Shown one piece after another: positions 33,534-48,188 of a stretch of 64,000 nucleotides of DNA (positions are counted from its first letter, which is position 1; each line of letters starts with the position of its first letter). Below the pieces are notes generated by a model. That model was not told the origin of the DNA. It saw only the letters and a program-made list of their open reading frames with translations, and did not search any database. The stretch is from the human T2T-CHM13v2.0 reference genome, Homo sapiens. The position numbers were made by a program, and so were the translations under genes. The stretch lies in the NCBI RefSeq assembly GCF_009914755.1, contig NC_060930.1. One strand, written 5' to 3'.

Positions 33534-34899
33534 TAAATTGTAATTCCTTATAGATTAACATAAAGCTTGTGTTATACTTAGTTTAGCACATGTGTAAACA
33601 AAGTATCTTTTGGGTGAGTTTATTTTTATATTAACAAGGATGTTTACTTCTTTAGGTAAAGTAACCTATTTCTTTTTCTTTGGTTGGCAATTAGGGCAAT
33701 ACTAATTACCTAATCATAACAGAAGCGGTGCTCTCCAGACTCATTATTCCTATCATTGGATATTATCTGACTGATGAATTGTGATCCCTGTCACAGGCCA
33801 AAATAGCGAGGTCCTGCTTCGATAATTGCTAAATATATTTTTCTTGAATTATATATTTTTTGCCTTATGTCGACTATGAAAGATATAAACTATAACTTCT
33901 CACCTTTCTTTTGGTGAGAAAAAAATAGGCCTCAATCATTTTGGTAACAATATAAAACAAGTAAAAGAAAAAAATAGGTCTGAAAAGATCTTGGAGTCAC
34001 CTTAAACTTTATCTGCCATGAGACACTTAGAAGAATCAGACCTTTGTTGAAGATTACAGAACAGAGACTCCTTCAGTCACACCCAGGAGACAGGTATTCA
34101 CCGTAAAGACTAGAATGAAGCGTGGGAAGTGGATGGATCCAGTGCAGCCCCAGGGAACTGAACACTCACATGCCCCTGGGAAGCAGGTCTTTGTTGCTCT
34201 CCTTCCATCACTTGGTCTCAGCTTGTCTTTGACTGGCTTCTACCACTTGTGCCTCCACCCAACCTGCTGCTACATTCTCCTGGTTTCTGCTTACTCAAAT
34301 GTTTTGCATCCGAAGCCCATTTTGGCCCCTTCTGCCTTACCCTCTCTTAGCTCCAACCTTTCTCTTACATCAGACAGCTCCGTCTCTGCATTCTCCACTT
34401 TCCATTTCCAAGGGAGTGTCTGATTGGCTTACTAACTATCAGAGTCCGTGTTTGATGAGAACTGTTTGCTCCAGGTCACCTCACAGGATGATGACTACAT
34501 CACGGATTGTGCGCTCTTGGGTCACGCGATCACTCTTAATTTAAATTAGCTGGGCTGGGGGTGGGGAGGGGGTAAGGAACGTTTTTTGTAGTTATTTGTG
34601 CAACCCCTGCTCTAGAAATAGTTTGGGTAACTGTTTCCTTTCCAAAAGGACTCTCTGGGTACGGTAAGCATCTCTCTCTCACACACGCATATATTAAAAT
34701 AACAGTGACTAAAACAAAGGGAGCATGAATAAATTGAATTATGAAGTTAAATGTATGAAATAATGAATGAACAAGGGAAGAAACCGATACTGACCCAGGG
34801 TCAACAACTATCTATGTCCAAGTAAAATTTCTTTGCAGTCTGACAAATTGGCTTTCAAGATTGCATTTTGTTTTGCGAATTAAGCCATTTTTAAGTCAT

Positions 34900-36300
34900 G
34901 AGTCGTAGTTTTCTGGAGGCCCCCGGCATCCGGAACCCATGAATGCCACGTTCTTTCTAGCAGCCTTCAGCAATTTGAGGGCGCTTTGTTTCTTACGTTG
35001 GGAGAGAAATCCATCAGGAAATCGACGCCCAGGATCAGATGCAGATCCTGGGATCCTTGGCTCTGAGTAGCACGGTGGAAAAGTGAGGTAATCCAGGCTC
35101 TGGGCCCGTTTTCCTAGGAGCCCAGGGCGCTTCACCTGTCTGCAGTCAGCCCCTTTCTTGGACGTCTCCTCCCCTGAGTTTCCTCCTCATAGGCTTGTCC
35201 CTGGGAGTGTGGGCGGCCCCTTTCTTGAGCGCAGAAACACTTACTTTTCCCCCTACCCTGCTCCTCCTCCTCCACAGCCGTCTTTCTCTTTGCCTCAGCC
35301 ACTTCCTTCCTTCGCCTCACCCTCCCCAGTGCACTGAAGAAGGTAACCGGGTCCAGACCCACGCGGCGCCAGTTCTCCGGCGGGAAGGAAAACCGCGCAG
35401 AGAGGTGCGTGAGCGCCCGGGCAGATGTGGCTTAGGTAGCAGGGATGGACTGGGTGTCCGTGGTGCGCCGCCGGGCACCGCGGGCTGCGGTGAGAGTCGG
35501 GTCAGGAGGGGGCCGGGAGGGGGCTCAGGGCGCGCGGAAGCTGCGACCGGCTGGGCTGAGACCTCGCGGGTTGGGGTCCCGTGGGGCGCGCGCCGCCCAC
35601 GCCCCCACCTCTCGGGTCGACTTCCGCACTCGGCTCACGTGACGTTTCGCCGGCCGGGGGCGGACTGGGAAGCCGGCAGAAATGGAACGATTTTTACCGC
35701 GGTGCGACGTGTCGGCTTTGCACTTGGCGGTGGTTCAGGAGCCAGTTCTGCAGAGCTGGGTGGGGAAGGGCTGGGGGCGAGAGGAGAGGCTGCCCCGAGG
35801 AACGTGGTGGCCTCAGGGCAGTGGACTCTGCAGCGCCGGAGGTGGGTGCGGCTCTGTGCGCTCCAGATCAGGGGGTGCAGAGTCGTGAGGGGACACCAGG
35901 GGCTCGTGGAGCCCGGGGCAGGGTCCGTTTTCGTCGCCCGGGTTGGGTGCTCGCTCTCGCGGCGCTTCGGGGCGCCCGGGCCACGGGGGAGGCAGACCCG
36001 CGGCGCCGGGCCGGGAGCTGCGGAGACAAAGGCTTCCGGGACGCGGCCCTTCCCGGGCGCCAGCGGTGCCGCCCCGCCACGGGGGGCCCAGCCCCGCGCT
36101 CCCCAGCCCTGCACTGGTGCCGGCGGTGACCGTGTGATGATGGGCTGCAGGGCACGGGGTTAGGGGACCTCTACCAGGCAGAACCCCAAGCTGGTAGCAG
36201 AATGGCCAAATATGGAGTGAGCGCGCCCCAGACCGGAGGGAGTAAGGAGCCCAGTCACCCTTTGACCCGCACCAGCTGCTTGTCCGCGATTGCGAAGAAG
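34900..36300 (+). promoter_or_regulatory. ABRACL: ABRACL promoter / CpG island
   Basis: The only strongly CpG- and GC-rich stretch in the window (core about 35340-36160). It has GC boxes (GGGCGG at 35211 and about 35658), ETS-type CACTTCCT at 35300 and GACTTCCG at about 35619, and E-box TCACGTGAC at 35635-35643. No TATA box is apparent. Confidence 0.88.
35270..35404 (+). other. ABRACL: ABRACL exon 1 (5' UTR; start approximate)
   Basis: Donor GAG|GTGCGT at 35404/35405 at the 5' edge of the CpG island; no ATG in the leader. The TSS cannot be fixed from sequence alone. Confidence 0.75.
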
Positions 36301-36699
36301 GGCTGGGAAAACGTGCCCAGCCCGAGTGTGTAAAGTTGGTTCCTGATTCCGGACATACCTATTCCAGTAGGCTTTATTTCCTTGGATATTAGAAAATCTC
36401 CATGCATTGCCTCCAAACTTTTGAAAAATAACAATGCCCTGAGGGTCCTTAAATACATTCTAAAGTGTGTATTGGTGGTGAGTTTCGGGTTCTGCCCAGT
36501 CCTCCGACTTTCCGCTTCCTTTGTGTTTCCCACGCACAAAGCCGAAATCGATTCTGCGACAATTAGAGTGCCTGGCCGTCATCTACCTCGCCTTCCCTGG
36601 AGCCTTTTCCTGTCTTCTGGTCCAGCCGCTCACCATTAAGCTCTTCCCTTTAGACTTGCTCTGCTTCTCACCTCTCCTCATTGTTCTTTTCTTTTTTTT

Positions 36700-36955
36700 T
36701 TTCTTAGACATAGTTTCACGGTACTCGTGAGAATGTGTTACATTCGTATAACCAAATCAGGGTAATTGGTATATCCATCACCCTAAATATTTATCTCTTC
36801 TTTATGCTAGGAACATTCAACTTAACTTGCTTTTAGCCATTTGGAAGTGTACAATCCATTAATGTGAACTATAGTCACCCCACTGATCAATGCAACACCA
36901 GGTCTTATTTCTTCTGTGTTTATACCCATCAACCTCTCTTCACCCTCCGCCCCCT
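36700..36955 (-). mobile_element. L1MA 3' end fragment
   Basis: CAAATCAGGGTAATTGGTATATCCATCACC..AAATATTTATC..TTCTTTATGCTAGGAACATTCAA...AACTATAGTCACCC. Confidence 0.7.
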
Positions 36956-38375
36956 TCATTGTTCTTCATCTTGCTCTCTGCAGTCCTGGGATTCTGTCCT
37001 TATTATAAAAGGCCATGGGTCTTTAAAGGATTGTGTCACAATAGGTATTTTTCCCCCTTTGTCCCTCTCCTTCCTAAATAATAAATAAATAAAACGTCAA
37101 ATTATGTATGCTAGCAATTGTTTTTAAACCTGTTATTTTCCTATTTATGGTGGTCTGGGCAGGGAGCCTTTCTTGCTTTGTAAGTGTTCTGCCTTGGTAA
37201 GAGCTCAGCATGTCACGTTTCATACAAATACCACTCACTATTATATTTAGTGTATTTGCATAATGGCAAAAGAGGAAGAGGAAGCGGGGAAACAGCCACC
37301 ACGATGTGGTAGAGACAGCATTTAATTGTGGGGCATTAACCCCTGTTTCGTTATCCTTAAAATAGAGGTAAATAAATGCCTTGCAAGGTTCTTAGAACTA
37401 CATGAATTAACGTAGATAAGGAGCCTGATGTGTAATTAATTATAAAGAAACGCTGGTTGCCTTTCATGCTTAAAATTGGATGAACGTACATCTGCTTACT
37501 ATAATGCAGGTATGCGTACTATATATAATAGATGAATTTCCCCTTTGATGCTCATTATTCAATGAGAGCTAAGTCTGAAGTATGTTGCTGGAGGTGGGAG
37601 GAAGGAGCGAAGAAGGGTGTTAAAGAGATAACATCTTTCCGGGGTCGGGAATCAGAGAATCAGAGAATTGGAAAGTTCCTTAATTTCTTTGGACATTTTC
37701 ATTCTCCCTCTGTCCAGTACAGGCTAATTTCCTCATCATCCCTCACAGATCCTTACTATGTCTGCATTAATATTTCTAGGAACAGGGTGCAAACTTTATT
37801 CATTGTTGGGCAATTTTAATTGCTAGATAACTTTTTTATATGGCTCTCAAATCTGCCTTTCTATTACACTTACCCATCCTACCCAGTAGAGGAACACAAA
37901 GACTATTCATATAAGTACATAAAAAAGAGCTTTAGTTTTTTTTGTTTTGTTTTTAAAGCAGCAGTTCTTCTCTAAGCTAACTTTATGGGTCAAGATTCTT
38001 TAGAGTGCAAGTAATAGAAACTCAATCAAACCAACACAAGCAAAAAGGAAAGATACCGGTTCATGTAGTTGGAAAGTCCAGGGTCATATATAGGCTCAGT
38101 CATTGTTATATGGCTGGACATTTCTTTGTGTTAGCTTTACTCCTGGCAAGCTGTTCTCACATGGTGGCCATTGACATCAGGGACTATAAACTAATATCAT
38201 AGAACCCAGTGAAAGGAGAGTGTCATTTTACTAATAGTTCTAGCAAAATCACAGGGCTGAACCTCATTGTTCTGGATGGGCTCAGCTACGTCATGCCTCA
38301 AACCAATCATTCTGGCCCTGAACTGCTTCTGGGCCCAGGGTAAGACTCTACCCAGGATACATGGGTTTAGCATAA

Positions 38376-38790
<415 letters not shown>

Positions 38791-40381
38791 CTTTCCTACT
38801 TTTATTCTCATGGCATGGTGTTCAGGCCTCATGCCTGTGTACTCTGTGTATATTTTCGCTTTTTAGTCTTGAATTGCATATAATGTTACAGATATGACTT
38901 CACCAACACAAAGTCCTCAATATTTGAACACTATAAATTTTCATATTAAGTTTTATGAAGATGCATTTAATTGAATATTTTGCGTTTTATTGCAATCTAA
39001 GCTTCTTAAATTATAATATTCGCACAAGCAACAGAGCAGATGGTAGTGGCACTTTTAATAATTAGCAGATAGAAAATCTAGTGTCCCAATCAATATCATG
39101 TAAGCAGGTGGTATATAGTCATAGGTGTCACTCTTGTTTTTAACAGCTAGCAAGAATTAGTTACAATCCATCTGGTTAAAGTTGTTTCTTCCAAATTATC
39201 ACCCCAAAGGAAACCATACACACAACTCCCCCTTTTTGGTCTCTTATATGATTTGAAAAAATTATGATTTGAAAACAGACTGAACTGATGCATCTTCTAC
39301 CCAGTTGCTCATACTTCCTGACATCCTGCAGGTGTACTTCCAATCCCTCTCATGCCTTTGCGTGTTCTTTTCAGTTCATGAGGTCAATATTTCTTTACCC
39401 TCTACTCTTAGTGCCAGACATGATAGAGCAGTGAGCATTATAGTCAGATCCCTGCAGAGGGGAGCTTACCCTGTAGAAGTGAAAGTCCAGAAATGTAATT
39501 CCAATTAAGTGAAATGAAGAGGGGCACCGGGTGCTATGGGAACACACAGTGAGGGAGGTGCTCCTCCTCCACGGTTTCAGGGAAGGCTTTTATTTAAGCT
39601 GGAGCAGGATGTGTGTGAATTAGCTCCTGGAAGGAGGAATAGCTATAGTCTGGGTTGAAGCCACAGTATGTGTGAAGGCTGGAGGTGAGAGAGCAAGGGG
39701 GCATTTGAGAGATTAAAAAGTCCCACATGGCTACAGCCTAGAGTTCAAGGGGGTGGAAGAGGCTGGAACAGTGTGCGGGACCCAGCTCGTGGAGGACTTA
39801 GTGAACCAAGGTAAGGCTCAGCTTTTGTTTTATTCTGAACTCCTCCTTATCTGCAGATGAATGAACTTCACCATGAGCTATTTATTGCAATCGGATTTAC
39901 TGGGCACTGCCCAGAGAAGGCCATGACGTCCCTGTACGTCACTGGATTGACCGGATGGTATTAAAATTGCTGTTGTATTGATCTGCCTCCCCCACTAGAC
40001 TACAGGCTCCTGAAGGGCAGGGAGTGTTTGTCAGTTCATTCTGGGGTGCCCAGCCCCCAGCTTAGGCCTGCCTCAAGTGTGCTGTGTGTTTTCTCCTTTG
40101 TTGCCTTGCTTTGTGTATGCACTTCCTCCTGTGTAGAGTGCCCTACCCCACCAGTCTGGCTGGACCAGTCCTCCCCAGTGACCTCCAGGAAGCCTCCTGC
40201 TGCTTCCTCCTTTGTGCTTCCATATGCCTTGGACCCACCACTCAAAGAGTATTCGTCTCATTGCTCTTCATTGCAGGCCCTCATCTGCCTTTAGAATGTG
40301 AGATCCCCGAGGGCAGATCCTGTGCTACACACCTTTTGTATTTTTGGTGCCTGGCAGGATACCATGAAGAGGACCTACGCA

Positions 40382-40445
40382 TAGTGAATCGTGGGTGCAA
40401 GGAGAATGGCTGTAGTGAATCGTGGGTGCAAGGAGAATGGCTGTA
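40382..40445. repeat. Perfect 31-bp tandem duplication
   Basis: TAGTGAATCGTGGGTGCAAGGAGAATGGCTG twice, plus TA. Confidence 0.97.
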
Positions 40446-40688
40446 TTCTCCCCCACAGACGTGGAGAATAGGAGTGCAGGGAGCTGAGGGGGCGGTTACA
40501 AAGGTAGAGGGAAAATGGGGACACTTCAGTGCCACATGCATCACACAAATATTTTTAGGAAAAGGAACATGGTAAATTAATAGTGACAGACGCGACCTGA
40601 ACAAGACAAAGGGCTCTTGGATTTGGATGTGCTTAATGGAATGTAATGGTGATAATTTAGACTTCCTTTTTTTCTCTCCCAGGCAGCA

Positions 40689-40749
40689 ATGAATGTGGAT
40701 CACGAGGTTAACCTCTTAGTGGAGGAAATTCATCGTTTGGGTTCAAAAA
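40689..40749 (+). CDS. ABRACL: ABRACL coding exon (exon 2; exon begins 40683): MNVDHEVNLLVEEIHRLGSK plus 1 nt
   Basis: Pyrimidine tract and CAG acceptor (AG at 40681-40682), GCAATG start, donor AAA|GTAAGT at 40750. The peptide is the N-terminus of Costars-family ABRACL. Confidence 0.96.
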
Positions 40750-41998
40750 GTAAGTATCTGACAGAGATAGAGTATTTCTCCTGGCTTTACCTTGGAACAG
40801 GTGAGACTGGCATGCTGGAGAAGCCTATGAAGGGGTCACCCAGGGCTTCAGGACACAGGTCTGGGAGCTCTGCCCACAGCCCCAGGTTATAACTGCCCTT
40901 AGCCAGGAATTGACATCTGGAGACACGGGGCTTTTGGGGTATTGTGATTCTGATGCAGGGAATAGTTGAGTTATTTCATTATTTTTCGATAGAAAGCAAA
41001 TTACCAAGCTTCTTGTATTTGACTGCATTGAAATTTGGTAATTGAATCATGTTCAAATTTTTACTTGTCATACTATTAAAATTCATGTTTTCTGCCTTGT
41101 TCTGCCATCATTTTACAAACTTCTTTTTTTTCAAATCATCTTATCTAAAATATCATCATTTTACAAACTTCTAAATGACTAGGGATTTACATTGAAATTA
41201 TACTAAATTATACTAAATTGTCTTTATTTTCTCCAAATCTTGAGTTTTGTATAATCAGATATTAAGTAATGTAACTAAAATAAATCATCCTTTAGGTAGT
41301 GTTTAAGAAAAATTATCTTTTTCTTCAGCAATAACTAGGCAGCTTCCTTGAAGATAGTGACATGCAAAATTGGTAGTGTTAGTGTCTTCTTCCTAAGTCG
41401 TAATGAAAATTACTATTATACTTGCGGCTTTAGGTATTTGGTACATCTCAGATGAGATATGCAAGAATTTGGGGGGCATTTTGAAAATAATAAGAATAAT
41501 AGACATATTCAGCAACAACTAGGATAATAGAACTCGAAGTTTTAAAATTACATCATGTAAGTGAAAAACAGTTCTAGAAAGTACCTCACAAGCTCTCAAG
41601 ATTTGTGTCATTATAGTTTGATTCTTCTTAAAGCACTATCTGTTCCTGAATCACAAATCCTTTGAAGTAACAGGACACACTTGGAAAATTCCATTAAGCC
41701 ATTAATATCAAATGTCCCCTGCAGTGGTTTTCTGTTCCTGCTGTAACAGATTGCCACAAATTTAGTGATGTAAAACAACACATTTAATATCTTAAGAGTT
41801 CTGTAGGTCAGGAGTTTGACAACGGTCCTGCTGGAGTAAGATTAAGGTGTTGGCCGGGGACTCCTTTCTATAGGTTCCAGGAGGGAATCAGTTTCCTTGC
41901 CTTTTCCAGCTTCTAGAAGTTGCCTTGGCTCATGACTGTGTTTCTCTGTCTTCAAAGCGAGCAAGAGCTGATTGAGTCCACACATTGCATCATACTGA

Positions 41999-42826
<828 letters not shown>

Positions 42827-43229
42827 TAGGATACCTTCCTGTCGTAGGGTCCTTAATTGAATTGCATCTGAAAAGTCCCTTTTGCCATGTAAGGTAACAT
42901 ACAGATTCTAGGGATTGGTACATGGATATCTTCGGGGGCCTTTATTCTTCCTACTATTCCCTCTTTTTTGTCTTAGTCACTCTATTTCTATATCAAACCC
43001 GAGTCATCATTACTGAAATGTACCAAGAAATGATAAATGAGGCATATTAAAGCTGGTATGGACTCTAAGTCCATACCTAAGTTAGTCAACAACTGAGTTG
43101 AATCATATCAGTTAATACTTATTGAGTATCTATATATGCTAATAACTGTGTAGTACAAGTGGTATAAAGTGTGTTCCTTTTCCTCAGGGATTTTACTACT
43201 TAGTTGATGAAAACAGATAAAATCTCATA

Positions 43230-43537
43230 GTCCAGGTGCCATGGCTCAGGCCTGTAATCCTAGCACATCAGGGGGCCAAGGTGGGAGGATCGCTTAAGCC
43301 CAGGAATTCAAGACCAGCCTGGGAAACAAAGTGGGATCCCATCTCTACAAAAAAATAAAAAATTAGCCAGGCATGGTGGCATGCAACTGTGGTCCCAGCT
43401 ATACTGGAGGCTGAGGCAGGAGGATTGCATGAGCTCAGGACGTCGAGGCTGCAGTGAGCCGTGTTCAAGCCATTGCACTCCACCCTGGGGGACAGAGTGA
43501 GACCCTGTCTCAAAATAAAAACAAAAACAATAAAAAA
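43230..43537 (+). mobile_element. AluJ
   Basis: Sense dimer. Confidence 0.9.
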
Positions 43538-43795
43538 CTCATGAGGCAATTATCCGAAAAAAAAATGGTATGCTGAACTATGAAGTGCTGACATGCAATA
43601 TGGTCCCTTCAAAATAGATTATTGGAAGTTGTAGTAGTTGGGGGCACTCAATGAAGTCTTGCATCTCAGGTAGGACTTTGAAGTGGAGGGCAGGTCAGTT
43701 TAGGGGGAAATCCATGAGTTGGTTTTTGGAATGGGAATGAATGTATTGTTTGAAGAGAACACCGAGAAGACATTGGAAAATATAATTTATTTAGT

Positions 43796-44087
43796 TTCTT
43801 TTTTGAGATGGAGTCTCACTCTGTTTCCCGGGCTGGAGTGCAGTGGCACCATCTTGGCTCACTGCAACCTCTTGTCTTCTGAGTGCAGGCAATTCTTGTG
43901 CCTCAGCCTCCCTGGTAGCTGGTATTACAGGTGTCCACGACCACGCCTGGTTAAGTTTTGTATTTTTAGTAGAGATGGGGTTTTGCCATGTTGGCCAGGC
44001 TGGTCTCGAACTTCTGGCCTCAAGTCATCCGCCTGCCTCAGCCTCCCAAAGTGTCGGGATTACAGGCGTGAGCCACTTCATCTGGCC
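43796..44087 (-). mobile_element. Alu (AluS-like)
   Basis: TSD ATAATKTATTTAGTTTC. Confidence 0.92.
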
Positions 44088-44108
44088 ATAATGTATTTAG
44101 TTTCCTAA

Positions 44109-44623
<515 letters not shown>

Positions 44624-45447
44624 TAGTTATAGGTGTTACAGGCATATTTCCAAAGATTTGTAGGATTTTCTTTTCTTTATCCATATCAGCCTAGTGTTTA
44701 TTGGTCATATTCAATTAGTTTTTAAATTCTAACCTTTACATTACTAGAAGAGTGTCATTATTCTGGTAAGGCAAACTGAAATTCCACTTCAAAATTAGCA
44801 GCTTTCACATTAGAAGACTTAAGATAATTATCGTAACTTCTATAAGCATGGAAATACTTTTAATTTTGCAGCTTCATCAGGATACCTTGACTTTCTCATT
44901 CCTGGCAAAAGATGACTTATTGAGTTTGAAAGCATATATAGATATGTGTTATCTTTGAACGTGTTATGGTTAATTATTTAAGTTGTATCTGGAGTGATTT
45001 TGCTTTAGTCTACATATGATGTATGAGCTGAGGATGAAAACTGATGAATTTAGTTTTATCTTTTCATTGAAAGTCAAATTCCTTAAAGTCTCATTTTTCA
45101 TATAGCGAAAAAAGATTAAATGGGGAGAGTGCACTTGGAAATTTAAATTCTTTCATTCAACAAATTTTTTTTAGTGTCCCCTTTGTGCTCAAGTGCTGGA
45201 GATGTAAAAATGAACAAAATTCCATCTCCATCTTTGAGGTCCTCTTTAGGTAGCTGAAAGACAGACAAACTGGAAGTACCTAGAGGGAAGTGATTAACAT
45301 GGGCTGTAAAGTCGGACTCTCTGGAAATGAATCCCAGCTCCTCTACATACTTGCTGTGTGACCTTGGCTACTTTACTAAACTTTTCTGTGCCTTGTTTTC
45401 CTTATTTGTAAAACAATAATACTCTATTTCAAGGACACATTTCTTCA

Positions 45448-45770
<323 letters not shown>

Positions 45771-46356
45771 CTAAAATAAAAATACATCTTATAGTACATG
45801 GCATGCTATGGTTAAATTGGCAGTTTAATTATAATATAAAATAATGATGCTTCTTGTAATCAATTGTGTCTTATCTTCCATGAAATACAGATTAAGTGAA
45901 TTTTAATGACTGTAAAATGCATCGAACAGTTCTGGATCATAGCAAGTACTCAATAAATGTTAGCTATTAATACTATAAATGATGGTGAGTGCTTTGATAG
46001 ATATATACTCAGTTTTATAAGAAGAGCTATTCACTCAACTGAGTGGATCATGAAGGACTTCTAGAAAAGGTGGCATTTGAATTCATTCCTGAAGAAAAAG
46101 AATTTAGCTAGGAAGAAGTTTCTGGGTTTCTGGGCAGACGGCTGAACACGGGCACTGTTACAAAGGCAGAATCTGTCATATCATCTTAGGCACAGCAAGC
46201 AGTTCATTGTGACTGGATCAGGAGGTACATGCAGTGATATGGCAGAAGACCAGGCAAGTGATAGATGCAAGGCCAGAGGATGAAGAGCCTCTTCTGTGAG
46301 GCCATGGACTTCCCTTTATTTAGAAGGTCATAGGGAGCCATTGAAATATTAAAGTA

Positions 46357-46634
46357 GCCTTGATGAGGTGGCTCACACCTGTAATCCCAGCACTTTGGGA
46401 GGCCAAGGCGGGAGGATTGTTTGAGCCCAGGAGTTTGAGACCTCGTCTTTATTAAAAATAAAGATAAATTAAGTTTGGTGGTGCACGCCTGTAGTCCCAG
46501 CTACGTGGGAGGCTTGGAAGGCTCAAGAGGATCTCTTGAGTCCAGGAGTTCGAGGTTGCAGTGAGCTGTGATCACACCACTGCACTCCAGCCTGAGCAAC
46601 AGATCGACACCCTGTCTCAAAAAAAGAAAAAAGA
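46357..46634 (+). mobile_element. AluJ
   Basis: Diverged sense dimer. Confidence 0.88.
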
Positions 46635-47783
46635 ACCAAAGAGGGATTAAAGTAGAAGAGTAACAATGAGCTTTGCATCTCATAAAGTTTCTTCCACATT
46701 TTTTCTTCCACACCCATGTGGAGGATGTATTGAGGGGCAAAAATGCAGAAAAGGAGGCTGGTACAGAGTTCTCAGTCAGCAGCTTGCAGTGATGCATGTG
46801 AGAAACACTCAGGGCCTGAACCAAGGAATTAACTGTGATTGGAGAGGAGAGGCAGCAGCCACAGAAGGCACAAAGAAGGTGGAATCACCCAAACATTTGT
46901 CAGATTGAGGGGTGAGGGGGCATGAGAACTCCAAGATTACACTCAGGTTTCTGTCTTTGGTGCCTTTAAAAATTTTAACCAAAGTTGAGAATTTACTGTA
47001 TGCTGGGGACTCTATAAGAGGCTTTATCTTTATTATGTCTGTTAATCCTTGCAACAGCCCTGTGAGAGGTATTTTTGCCCTCATTTGATGGATACCTGAA
47101 GTTCAGAGAGCTTGGAGGACTTGCCTGAGGTTACCAGCAGCTCCACTTCTACCTGTAATCAGTGACAGGTTCCTGTTGCACAGAGTGTCATGTAGGTAGA
47201 AATTGAAAAATCAAAGAGGTGCATCTTTGCTTTCCAGGCCAAACATGGTCAGATTCCCTGTTTTCCCTTTAGAACATCTTTTGTCCTCCTCATCTTAGAT
47301 TATCTACTTCAGGTGAGTAAACTTCACGCTGGTCACTGTTCCCCCAGCCACCTTACTCGTTTTCAGCCTTGCCTGTGGCTTGGCACACTCTCCCCATTTG
47401 TCTCAGTCACAACAGAGCCCCTGGTTGCTGATACTCAGTGTGTGCTAGGCACTGTGCTGGGTGCTTTCGAACTGTGTCTCCTGGCAGCACTGAGAAAAAG
47501 ATGTTCAGGTCCCCATTTTACACAGGAGGAAGCCAAGGCTTAGGGAGCTTTAAACAAGTTGCCCAAGGCCAAATGACTAGTAGATGGCAGAGATTTCAAC
47601 TGAGGACTATTAGGTTTTTAAAAAGCTCATGTATATCATCACAATGAAGACGAGGAAAAAGAAAAAAGCTCCAAGTTATTGTCTCCTTTAAAGTCCAGAA
47701 TAAGTACTGTCTCCTCCATGAAGTCTTCCTTACCATTCTTGCCCAAAGACATCTTGCCCTCCTCTAAACTGTAAAATATATTT

Positions 47784-47952
47784 TCTTTTTTTCTTCTTTT
47801 TTTTTTATGAGACAGGGTCTCAACTCTGCTGCCCAGGCTAGAGTGCACTAGCACGATCATGGCTCACTGCAGCCTCAAACTCCTGGGCTCAAACAGCCCT
47901 CTGCTTCAGCTTCCTGAGTAGCTGGGATCACAGGTGCATTCCACCAGACCCA

Positions 47953-48001
<49 letters not shown>

Positions 48002-48022
48002 TTCTATATTTCTATATATATA

Positions 48023-48057
<35 letters not shown>

Positions 48058-48188
48058 TTTTTTTTTTAGGAGAGACATGGTCTGACTATGTTGCTAAGGT
48101 CGGTGTCAAACTTCTGGGCTCAAGGTATCCTCCTACCTTGGCCTCCCAAAGTGCTGGGATTACAGGCATGAGCCGTTGCACTCGGCCG
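47784..48188 (-). mobile_element. AluJ with a (CT)n(AT)n(GT)n(AT)n microsatellite in its linker (about 47953-48057)
   Basis: Both arms are recognisable on either side of the compound microsatellite. Confidence 0.9.

Noticed and set aside
35195-36163. 322-aa ORF and the overlapping ORFs across the CpG island
   Set aside because: It starts at TTG, is Arg/Gly/Pro/Ala-rich low complexity as expected from GC-rich DNA, and runs through the exon 1 donor. Only the part up to 35404 matters (see findings).
40689-40892. 67-aa ORF as a single-exon gene
   Set aside because: It is read-through of a strong GTAAGT donor. ABRACL similarity ends at codon 20.
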